NCBI GenBank assembly: GCA_002811645.1
Contig: PDIP01000046.1
Coordinates: forward strand, 97,340 to 143,511
Source: Corallochytrium limacisporum Hawaii
Lineage: Eukaryota > Protista > Pluriformea
Length of the DNA stretch: 46,172 bases
Direction: 5' to 3'
Part shown: positions 33,114 through 43,486 of the stretch, one piece after another
Numbering within the stretch: the stretch's first letter is position 1
Layout: every line of letters begins with the position of its first letter
Notes under the pieces: generated by a model
Database searches by the model: none
Seen by the model: the letters and a program-made list of their open reading frames with translations, nothing else
Told to the model about the DNA's origin: nothing
Program-made: the position numbers and the translations under genes

Positions 33114-34351
33114 TCTTATCTGTGGTTGGTCTAGCGCCCCGAGCTCATAGAGAGCCGTTTCGTGTGCTTGCCATCGTTGTCAACAGTTCCGGATCACATG
33201 ATAAGTTCTAAGCAAGTTCACAAACCATAGGGTTCTCTTGCCTTTTGCCTCGAATTGTTCAGTCTCTTGCATGTACTCGCTTTCAGTCGTCTCGGTCACG
33301 TAGGAAGTTCTTTCCCGGGCAACCCTATCCAGTCCTAGACACCTTCACCGTGACGTGATTTCAGAATGCTAAGACACGAAAAGGCCATGGGAAAGTTGAA
33401 TCCGAACGGCTCCAAAATCACTCCTTTCACTGATCCGTAAGAGGAAATCAAAGCTCAGAAGGGAATAATTCCGTCGCCAAAACCCATCCGTGCATTCTCG
33501 GGACCGATGGCCTCCTTTGGGTTAGCAGCGCACTGTCAGGAACACCCGCGGGCCAGGGGGGTTGAGAGCGTCAACTGGGAACGCCCCCAACGGCCACCCT
33601 CCCTCTCTCCCCCTGGCTGCGGGGCCGACCCGACGTGCGCGGGCCCCTCGCTCTCGCTCTCTTCTACCTCTCCTTTTTTCCGCCCTTCCCTCAGTGTGTG
33701 CGTCGCTTCCGAGAGAGCCCAAAGGAAAAAACACACACAAATAAATTTCACACACAAGAATTTTTTGAACTATGGAACTGGAAAAATGGTGGGAGGGTAT
33801 ATTTTCGTTTTCTGCCCCAGGGGAGGGGTTCATTGAATAGTATATTGGGTATGCAGTTGTAAGAACGTTCTATAAAGTACATAATGTATTGAACGGAGAA
33901 GTGGGTAGTACATTCAGTACCAACCACCGGCTCAATGACTACACTCCAGCAGAAGGCCCACTCAAGGCCCCGTGGTAGGCATAGAGGGACCGGCAGAGTA
34001 CTGCACAGGGCCCGCAGTGCTCTACCGGTTGATCGTGGCAATAGAACTTCGTAGTGAAAGACAGAGCAAATAGTCCACTGATAGTGATACATCATTGTAG
34101 AGTCGAGAGAGTTCCACAGTTTGCAATAATTTACGTAGACACCAAAGGTAAATAAAACGTGGTACTTGACTCTGACCAAGCTGCCGTGTACAGAGTGACT
34201 AAGATAGCCCCTTTATTGTTAATCAATTTAGGTAGAGATATTGACGAACCCGCACAGACATTGGGCAGTGCAACGGCGTCGTATCTCATTTCCACATATT
34301 CATTTCCAGATCGTAATAGCATCGGGATCAAGTTTTATTCTTAAGAAACAA
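33113..34351. promoter_or_regulatory. Probable bidirectional promoter region between USP10 and RPS2
   Basis: About 1.24 kb between divergent start codons, with a central GC-rich island (~33500-33830). Function is inferred from layout only. Confidence 0.55.
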
Positions 34352-34623
34352 TGGCTGATACTGAGCAGAAGCAGGAGCGCGGTGGATTCCGCGGTGGATT
34401 CGGTTCTCGCGGTCGCGGTGAAGGCCGTGGTCGCGGTCGTGGCCGTGGTGGCGCTCGCCGTCGTGGAGGCGAAGGTGGCAAAGAGGAGTGGATCCCCGTC
34501 ACCAAGCTGGGCCGTCTGGTTAAGGAGGGCAAGATCAAGTCTCTGGAGTCCATCTACCTGTTTTCTCTCCCCATCAAGGAGTACCAGATTATCGACTACT
34601 TCCTGGGTTCCAAGCTCAAGGAT

Positions 34624-34655
<32 letters not shown>

Positions 34656-35163
34656 GACCCGTGCCGGTCAGCGCACCCGCTTCAAAGCCTTCGTGGCTAT
34701 TGGTGACTACGAGGGCCACATCGGTCTTGGTGTGAAGTGCTCCAAGGAAGTTGCCACCTCCATTCGCGGTGCCATCGTTCTGGCCAAGCTGTCCGTCATC
34801 CCCGTCCACCTCGGCTGGTGGGGCTCCAAGATTGGTGCTGCCCACACTGTGCCGTGCAAGGTCACTGGCAAGTGCGGTTCCGTCACTGTGCGTCTGATCC
34901 CCGCTCCCCGCGGTACTGGTCTGGTCGCTGCCGCTGTCGCCAAGAAACTGCTCGCCATGGCCGGTGTGTCTGACTGCTACACCAGCGCTCGTGGTTCCAC
35001 CCGTACCCTGGGTAACTTCGCCAAGGCCACTTTCATTGCTATTAGCCGCACCTACACCTTCCTGACCCCCGACTTCTGGGCTGTCACTGAGTTTACCAAG
35101 GACCCTTACCAAGAGTTCACTGACCTGCTGGCCAAGCCCTACAAGGGTCGCAAGGCCTACTAA
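34351..35163 (+). CDS. RPS2: 40S ribosomal protein S2 (uS5)
   Basis: RGG-rich N-terminus, [31 protein letters not shown] and [10 protein letters not shown]. Highly biased codons. Confidence 0.98.
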
Positions 35164-35310
35164 ATGAGCATTGAGTCATTTTGTCCTGGTCCATTACATA
35201 GCAAAAAAACTTAATCGTTTATTACATTCGTCTATTTACATAGTTTTACATAACTTTACAACGACCAAACTAGTACTCGTACTCTCTGCGTGATGACTCA
35301 CTGTCATCAG

Positions 35311-36627
35311 CTAGGGACTGAATGCAATGATCGATTCACGGCGCTTCAGGTTTTCGATGCGCTGAAGGGCGTGTTGCCGCCAAGGCTGGTCCATACTCCA
35401 GAAGCCTACATCCCTGGTGCCGTAGTAATCAATCAATACATCGTCCATGACATGCGCTGCGCGCAGCGCGTTCTCTCCAGTGCTAGGTGTGTGTCCGGCC
35501 ATGGCCTCACCCATGAGCTCGCGGACAATACATTTTTGTAAATTCAGCTGAACGGCAGGGTCGTCCTCGGTCGGGAAGGCCTCCGGGTCAGCATCGCTAG
35601 GTGCATCAACACTACGGAAAGTCACTGTGCCGCTCTCAACGAAGCATGGGAGACTAACGGAACCCTCGGTGCCTGTGAACACGAGTTCGTCGTGGTCGAA
35701 AGCGGACGAAAAGTTGAAGACAGCTGTGCCCGCCACATGGTCCTGCCCTTGTCCGAGATCACAAGTGAATAGAATGTGCACATGGTCCTCGCAAGGAATG
35801 GCGGGCGTGGCCCGGTTGCTGACGCTGGAGTCCACAATACTAATGGGTCCGACGATGTAGTCAATGATATCTAGGCAGTGGCTGCCCAGGTCCATGAAAA
35901 GGCCACCACCGCTGATCTCTGGCTTGACGCGCCAGGGCAGTTTGCCATAGTTGGGAAACGACGTAATCGACGGCACTTTGGAAGATCCGTTGGCACTGGT
36001 CTCAGCAGAAGGGGCCGCGGGGGTATCATCACCAGCCGCTGGTGCTTCCTCAGCATGGGAAAGCAGTGGGTCCGGATAGGATCGATGCCGCTTCTGCGCA
36101 ATAAAAAGTCGAATGTCAGTCAGTGGGCCAGTCCGTTCCCTAACAAAGTCTCTGGCGAGAGTGAAACGCTGTAACTGCCGGCGGTAGTACGCGGCAAACA
36201 GGGGCAGACCAGCACTGGAGAAGATCTCAACAATCTCTGCCGCTTCCTCACCACAGCGTCCGAATGGTTTCTCAATGTAGCATGCCAGGCCAGCTTTAGC
36301 AACCATACGAGCGTACTCTAAGTGCGCATCAGGTGGCGTCGCAATATATACAATGTTCACTTCGGCATCATTGATCAGATCCTCAGGCCGTTCGTAGGCC
36401 TTAGGCACGTTATGACGTTCGGCAAAATCCCGTGCCCTACCTGGCGTGCGCCGTTGGACCGCAACCAAACGGCTGCCCTCGATCCGCTGTAGACCCGGGC
36501 CGCTTTTCCGCTCACAGACGGCTCCACAGCCCAGAATTCCCCAGCAAACCTCTCCAGCTTCGCGAATCAGATCGCTGCCTTGCACAGGCCGACTGTGGAT
36601 CTTGGGGTCGCTGCTGATTTCTGGCAT
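35311..36627 (-). CDS. Gfo/Idh/MocA-family NAD(P)-dependent oxidoreductase
   Basis: Rossmann motif WGILGCG, plus YIATPP, IEKP, AYYRR and GGGLFMDLGSHCLD. Confidence 0.92.
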   Translation of the reverse strand: MPEISSDPKIHSRPVQGSDLIREAGEVCWGILGCGAVCERKSGPGLQRIEGSRLVAVQRRTPGRARDFAERHNVPKAYERPEDLINDAEVNIVYIATPPDAHLEYARMVAKAGLACYIEKPFGRCGEEAAEIVEIFSSAGLPLFAAYYRRQLQRFTLARDFVRERTGPLTDIRLFIAQKRHRSYPDPLLSHAEEAPAAGDDTPAAPSAETSANGSSKVPSITSFPNYGKLPWRVKPEISGGGLFMDLGSHCLDIIDYIVGPISIVDSSVSNRATPAIPCEDHVHILFTCDLGQGQDHVAGTAVFNFSSAFDHDELVFTGTEGSVSLPCFVESGTVTFRSVDAPSDADPEAFPTEDDPAVQLNLQKCIVRELMGEAMAGHTPSTGENALRAAHVMDDVLIDYYGTRDVGFWSMDQPWRQHALQRIENLKRRESIIAFSP

Positions 36628-37312
36628 TATGATTGTAGTGCGGACGACTGCATAAAAGGGTCCCTGTGGTGCTCGCGTGGATACCGCTCCGGTTGGTACC
36701 GAAGCAATGGCCAGTGGTCAAGATCGGGCCACAATCTACAGCAGGGTCGAACAAGTTGACTTTCATACGCCTAGTGAGTTGATATGTAGCTGTGACCAAT
36801 ATATGTTTGTGACCGCAACAAATACTCAAACACCACACTGCCCAAGGAACTTGCCCATTCCGTTCACCCATAGAACTTCTTTACACTAATCGACGTGCAA
36901 GTGACACCGTTAGAAAATACCTGTCCGTGGAGTATCAGAGGCCCACCACTACCAATGACTTGACTATTGCAACACCTCCAACAAAGGAAACACACGCGCA
37001 CCGACACCTCATCCACCTCTAAAAATAAAAAACACCCCACGGGCAAAGAAAAAGTAAGGGGAGAAATCGAGGGCAAAAAGGAAAATCGCCTTGCCCTCTC
37101 CCCGGAGCGGGGTCCTTTGCCCGAGGGCGCGTCAAAATGAAGAAAGGGCCAATTTAAAAGAAAAAAAAAAAGGAAGAAAATGCAAACGGAGCGGGAACGG
37201 CGAATTTCAGAGCGGGGAAGCAGAGAGAAGGACCAAGGGGAGATGGAGTTTGGTTGTTGAGCTGGGGAGACGACGAAAGCGGGCTTCTCTTCCCGGCCAG
37301 GGCCGGCCTCCG

Positions 37313-37314
<2 letters not shown>

Positions 37315-37365
<51 letters not shown>

Positions 37366-37489
37366 NNNNNNNNNNNNNNNNNNNNNNNNNNNNNNNNNNN
37401 NNNNNNNNNNNNNNNNNNNNNNNNNNNNNNNNNNNNNNNNNNNNNNNNNNNNNNNNNNNNNNNNNNNNNNNNAGCGATTGCCCAGAGAG

Positions 37490-37531
<42 letters not shown>
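37315..37531. repeat. (GA)n microsatellite spanning an assembly gap
   Basis: GA runs on both sides of the N stretch 37366-37472. Confidence 0.9.
37366..37472. other. Assembly gap
   Basis: Run of N. Confidence 1.
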
Positions 37532-37533
<2 letters not shown>

Positions 37534-38709
37534 CGAACGACGGACTCTACCCCTCTCCTCTCCCGGGCCAGCCACGGGGCACCGGACGAGCGACCGACAA
37601 ACCCCCCCCCTCCCTTCGGTCCGGGACCGAAAGGGGTCTTTTGGGGAGGCGGACACCTCCACCCGGGGAAGGTGGGGGGCATGGGGGAGTCTATTTTTAT
37701 TGGCAGTCGGTCAGCACAGAACACTGTTCAATCATCACCATTTTGTGCATCGGTGATCATCATCATTACCATCACCACCATCATGATCCTCTACATACCC
37801 AAGAACAAGATACACACCGTAGTCAGCTTTACTTGATGAGGCGATGGTGATGGTTGGATCCCAGCACCATGACCTGAACGACAAGGCAAGCGTTCCTAGT
37901 TCTTCCATTGTACAAAATCCCCCGAGAGCGCCAGCCCTCGCAACCCCAAAGCCCCCCCCCCGCCCCGGGGGGGCCTTCCTTGCTTCCTTCCGCCCGGGTC
38001 GAAGCCGAGGGGGAGCAGGGAGGGGGGGGGTCCAGAATTAGTTTGGGATTCGAATTCTGCGGCTGCCCAGTTCGCAGTCTCAGGTATTCTTGGGACCCGC
38101 CCCCTCTTCACCCGTTCTCGATAGTCAAAGTACGGACCTTTCCGACCGTTTCTTCACGCGAATGATACATATCTCTTGCAGCCAGGAAAAAGCCCGGGGA
38201 CGAACGAGGGCGGTGACGAATACCCGGAACTTTAAAACCTCCAATCCTCCGCGCACCCACGGAGGATTCCTTGCAGAAACCCATCCCCCGAGCTTCTATA
38301 GAGAATGTACCGGAAAGAATAGATCATTCACAGCACCAATCCTCAACCGCTCCAGGTTAGGCGCCGCTTCCCGGCGGCCCCCCTCCCCCGAGGTGGGACG
38401 GGAGAGGCGGGGAGACCCCTTACCGCGCCACCTCCGAGGGTTCCTTGCCACGGGGGCGGCGCAGCACCACGGGGATACCACCCTGATTATTTGGCAGCAC
38501 CAGCCGGGCACCACAGAACCCCGGTATGGAGTGGAGAAGGGGCAGCAGGCCAAAGAAACCGAACGAGGCGCGCGTATTTTTGGCTGAATCGCACACGGAC
38601 GCGGGTGGGGTTATTCGCTGCTTTGTAAAGTGTGGAATGGGTGGGATCCCCAGGTGGTTCTGCAAACAAAAACCGCTATACACGCACACGCATTCGCGCA
38701 CACTTATAC

Positions 38710-38714
<5 letters not shown>

Positions 38715-38750
<36 letters not shown>

Positions 38751-38778
38751 TTCACACACACACATATATATATACACG
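38715..38778. repeat. Compound (CA)n/(TA)n microsatellite
   Basis: Read directly from the sequence. Confidence 0.9.
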
Positions 38779-39427
38779 CACTGGTAGCACACTGCCACAA
38801 AACTACTGGCACACATGGTGAAGGTGACGGGTGGATGAGTGAACGGGGCCAAGCAAAAAGTTTTTCTTTTGTCGGCTTTGGGCGGGCGGATGACGGCCGC
38901 GCGGGCTTGCGGTTCTCTTTCAGTGGCCTTGCGGAGGTAGAGCTGAGGGCATAACACCTTGGATTGGTATACCCCACCTATCACCCGCGCGGGAGTGCAG
39001 ATGTGAAGATCACCCAGAAACGATGACCGCTGCTCTGACCCCTTGGGATTGCCGGATGCTCGTCTGATGACTGTGGGTAGGTTTCGATGAATGTCTTTGA
39101 GGGATCCAACGGTGTCATTGACAGTTTGTTACATCCTTGCTTCTGTTTGAGTTGAGGTTGTAGCCTAGGTTTCGCTGTTTTTCTCTTTTGACATGAATGC
39201 TCTGGCGTTCCTGGGAGGTATTTGAGGTGGAGTTGAGATTTGCCTGGGCCGTGACAATCCTAAAATTTTATACAGGGGCACAACCCACAAGTTGAAAGTA
39301 AAACTATTGAATTCAGACTGCGACTTTCTGTACTGCCTTCTGTTATTTTGCGATGAAGTAAGCGCGTGACTTCAAGAATGGGTCCTTAGACCCGTACGCG
39401 CAATTTCCGAAACGGTAAAGATCAACC

Positions 39428-42400
39428 ATGAGGATACCAATAAGCCAGACAACGCAGCAGGTCCCTTCGCAACAGAAGGATGCGATGCAAAGTGAGAAGT
39501 TGGAGGACATTGCTGTCTCAGTAGAGCGCAATGGACAAAGCAACGAGAACGTACCGGAACGCCAACAGGGCGAACACGGGAGCGAAAGCAACAGCGAAGT
39601 GCGCCAAGAGATCGAAAGTGCTCGGCAGAGCGCCACAGCTCTTGCCGAAGAGGCTGAGCGCGACGCTGCGCAGGTTCGGGGCCTGCTTGAGGCAGACGCG
39701 GAGAGCAACTCCAAACCTGCTGCCGATGACATTGAAGACGCCTACGACCCTTCCCTATTTGAATCAGAAGGGGTGAACGACAGGGAAGAGTCCGTCCCTC
39801 CGGAGGTTGGTGAGCGAGCTTTCTTAGACCTACCAGACATGCTCGACGACTACAATGCGGACGACGTCAAACCATTTGTAGAGCCCGACAATCCGGCCTC
39901 AGAGAACCAGGCGGACGGTGACGATGCAAAGAGCTTCCCTCTTCCGGAGGATACTTTGGCGGACGTAGACTCGGAATTGAACAACGATGCCGTTGGCACG
40001 TCCAAAGATGAATCGGCGAATGAACGGAAACGAAAACTGGAAGACGGTGACATCGACGTATCAGCCATGGCAACTACGCCGAAAGGTAGCGGCAGCGATG
40101 CCGCGGCCGCTGCTGCCGCTGCTGCCGCGGCCGCTGCTGCTTCCACAGGTAGCGCTCAAGACAGTCAGCAGAACGGCACAGGGGCGGAAGCTACGGAAAA
40201 TCCCGATCCTTTGCACAAGAAACATAGACGTGATAGCGCGACGGTGGGTCCAGGAAATGCAAGAGACAATATTGATAGTCCGAGTATGACCAGTGTGAAC
40301 AAGAACAGTGACATACTCGGTCACATGAGAGGCAGCCGGACCCAAGACAGTAAGCGCAGTACGCCGCAAGGAGAAGTCCCAGACTTGACCTTAGCGAGTG
40401 TTGTAGGTCAGAAGGAACCCGTTTCTAGGAAAAGCACTGGCCCTTTTCCTACGGGATCCACATCACAACGCAGCAGCATAGCCGGCCTCGACGATGTCAA
40501 GGCTATCGCAAGGCGGAAATCAACGGCCGACGCCTCAGACTCCCAGGGACGTAGAGGTTCTCGCACTGGGCAGGATCCCGTGCCCCAGATAGCACAGGGA
40601 CTGAATGCAACGCAGCAGATGAAGCAACAGGCCATTGTTCTCCACCAGCAACGCCTCCAGCAACAGGTCATGCTCTTGCAGCGTCTACATCAGCAGGCAG
40701 CACTCGGACAACAAGTGGAACCTGTTGCATTGCAGCAGGCACAGATGCAGGTAGCACAGACGCAAGCGATTTTGCAACAATTGATGCAGAATCCGACCTT
40801 GTCACAACCGCAACAACAGCAGCAGCAGCGAGGCGGTCAACAGTCAACTAATGATGCGGCAGCAGCGTTAGCACAGCAACAGGCCAGTATGTTGCGGGGA
40901 CAGAACAATTTACGAGGAATGATGATGATGCAGGCTCGACAACAGCAACTGTCTACTCAGTCTGGTGGTGCTGGAAGTGCCAATGCTCAAGATTTGCAGT
41001 CCCGGAGCAATTCAATTCCTCTGCTCAACGCCCTGAACCAACCGGGCGGCAATGGTGGCAGCGACACTGGTGGTGGCGCTCGATCCAGTGTCAGTGACAA
41101 CGGCACACCAAACCAGCGCGGTAGTAAGGTCCAAAGCGGCCACCGAAGCAGTGATCAGACTGTGCAGAATATGCTCAGTGGTCTTGCCGGGGCAGGCAAT
41201 GCGGGCAACGGGGATGGTGGCCTCAACAACGCTGCATCACAGGCAAACATGCAGGAAACGATGCTACAGCAGGTGCAGCAGCAGCAACAGCTCGCGCAAG
41301 CTCAGCAATTGCAGCAGATGAGCCAAAAGGTAGGCATCCCTCCAATGAAGCTTGCCGTAGTCATGAACAATCTGAGTGGGAGCCAACAGCAACAATTAGC
41401 CCGGCTGCCACCACAACAGCAACAAATGCTCCTAAATCAACTGCATCTCCAGGCCATGCAACAGCAACAACAACAGGCCGTACAGCAGGCACAGCAGCAA
41501 GCTGCTGCCGCTGGCGCTGCAGTGAACGGTCCGGGAGTTGGTGCTGCTGGAGGTGGAGGACCCCAGCAGTCTCAAGCTCAGGTTCAGAACGAATCCAATT
41601 CTTCGCAGCGCACCTCGGGCAGTGCTGGTCCGAGCACTCCGCTAATGGGCGGCCAGCCGGGCACCACAGTGCCCATCGCTACGCAGGCACAAATGCTGGC
41701 ACAGGCGCAGCAAGCCGCAGCTCTGAACAGCAGCCAGAACCCCATGGCCGCACTGCTCTTGCTACAGCAGCAGCAGCAGGCGCAGCAGCAGGCGCAGCAG
41801 CAGGCGGCCCAAACTCAGCAACAACTCCAGCAACAGCAGGCCGTACAGGCCCAGCAGCAAGGACAACTATTGCAGCAGGCTAAAATGGCACAGCTTCAGC
41901 AGAACATGGCTCTTGCGCAGACTGAGGCCGTAAACTCCGCGGGCACCGGCGCTCAGCGTTCGTCGTTGAGCGGCCTAAACGCGGCAGGACTAATGAGGGG
42001 TAGCGCTGGTGGTGGTATCCCCATGGTTCCCGGGGCGGATCAGCCCAAAGTCGTCCGTCTCATGCAATCATCTGCGAGGCCAACGATGGGACGTGCTTCG
42101 TTGCGTCTGTTCCAACTCAAGGATCACATTGTGAGCGGAGACGGAAGCCGAGACTATAGCAAGTTCCTCGTTGAGGAATTCTTCCACAACAACGCAGCTT
42201 TGAATCTTGATTTGTCCAGTCATGGCGCTGACTCTGGCTCCGGTGGTACGGCTAATATGCCTACCGGTGGCGAGAAGCGTAGCTTCGAGCTCGGGTACCC
42301 CCTCATCGCACCGTTCTTTTCACATTTGCTGTCTGAGGGTGGCGTGGAATCGGTGCGACTCGAGTTTGTTAATCCATCTGAGAACTTTATGCCAAATGGC

Positions 42401-42868
42401 ATGCTCATGGTCGACTGCCCCGCTGGACGACTGAACTTTGTCTTTGCGAACGACTGGATGGTCACGATGAATTGTCACTACAGGAGTGTTTTCACTACCG
42501 ATCTCAAGCTTGTGAACTTCCGCATTAGCATTCAAAATTGGACGGAATACGTGAGCAAGCAGCGCTTGGTGCAGAGTCTGAGGGAGAGCGGAACTGCGCA
42601 GGAATGCCTGAATCGCCTAAACGAGAGCCCAGTGACAGAATGGGGTCTCGTACCTGGCGTCATTCGCTTCCTGGAACTTGGAGATGTGATGTCGTCAATG
42701 CGGGGCGTGACACAGCTTAGCCAACAGTGGCAAAAGGGTCCCATGGAAACCTATCGCGTGGCTAATGAGAAAGTTGCCAGTGCTCTTCAGCAACAGCAAC
42801 GTCTGCGTCAGCAGCAGACTCAGCAGCAGCTGGCAGCGCAGCAACAACAACAGGCGCATCCCCAAGCC

Positions 42869-42944
<76 letters not shown>

Positions 42945-43009
42945 NNNNNNNNNNNNNNNNNNNNNNNNNNNNNNNNNNNNNNNNNNNNNNNNNNNNNNNN
43001 NNNNNNNNN

Positions 43010-43086
<77 letters not shown>

Positions 43087-43360
43087 CCAGGCCCAGGCTC
43101 AGGCCCAGGCTCAGGCCCAGGCACAGGCTCAGGCCCAGGCTCAAGCACACGCTCAAGCGGCACAGCAGGAACAGCAGCATAGCGAGGCCACCCAGCAGTT
43201 GGCTGCAGGAGCCGCGGTCGCGGCCGCAGCTGCCGCTCAGCGACAGGCCCGTAGGGCGTCGACTCCATCGCAGCAGGCTCGTAGACCATCAACTCCATCC
43301 CAACAAGCTCGTAGGCCATCGACGCCATCGCAGCAGGCCGTTCCGGCTGGACCGCAGTAG
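39428..43360 (+). CDS. LIM-domain-binding (LDB/Chip, SEUSS, Mfg1/Adn1-like) transcriptional co-regulator, Q-rich
   Basis: 1310 aa with a globular segment at ~42090-42760 (LRLFQL, FLVEEFF, KRSFELGYPLIAPFF, VDCP, WTEYVS, SPVTEWGLVPGVIRFLELGDVMSSM) that resembles the LIM_bind domain, flanked by Q/A-rich tracts. The ORF spans an N gap, so the exact length is uncertain. Confidence 0.8.
42869..43144 (+). repeat. Coding hexanucleotide (CAGGCT)n repeat encoding poly-(Gln-Ala), partly in an N gap
   Basis: Perfect CAGGCT units on both sides of gap 42945-43009, degenerating to CAGGCC/CAGGCA. Confidence 0.95.
42945..43009. other. Assembly gap inside the poly-QA coding repeat
   Basis: Run of 65 N. Confidence 1.
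43244..43333 (+). repeat. Three 30-nt coding tandem repeats encoding QARR[AP]STPSQ
   Basis: Translation QARRASTPSQ-QARRPSTPSQ-QARRPSTPSQ, with synonymous differences between the copies. Confidence 0.92.
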
Positions 43361-43486
43361 GGAGGATCTTGTCATTTAGCAAGGTCCTTCTTCCGTATCA
43401 CATTAAAGAATCGCAGCTGTCTCCATTGATTTTCTATATTCTTTAACTTATGTGTCGTTGATGTGGCTTGAATGACTCCCATCAGC

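Noticed and set aside
35245-35313. Stop readthrough (TAG-CTG) of the oxidoreductase to a cryptic peroxisomal signal
   Set aside because: The extension ends in KVM, which is not a convincing PTS1, and the context is not the strong TGA-CTA type.
13527-36700. TTGGTACC as a promoter motif (13527, 13548, 14890, 27119, 36693)
   Set aside because: It also occurs inside CDSs (~3231, ~5656, ~19706), so enrichment cannot be supported.
39060-39100. CTGATGA hammerhead core or snoRNA C boxes (also ~800 and ~8856)
   Set aside because: No stem II plus GAAA, and no suitably placed D box with a terminal stem.
41625-41660. PSTPLMGGQ resembling the LDB LID start (EPTLMGGE)
   Set aside because: It lies on the wrong side of the dimerisation domain and lacks the DEDERLITRLEN half.
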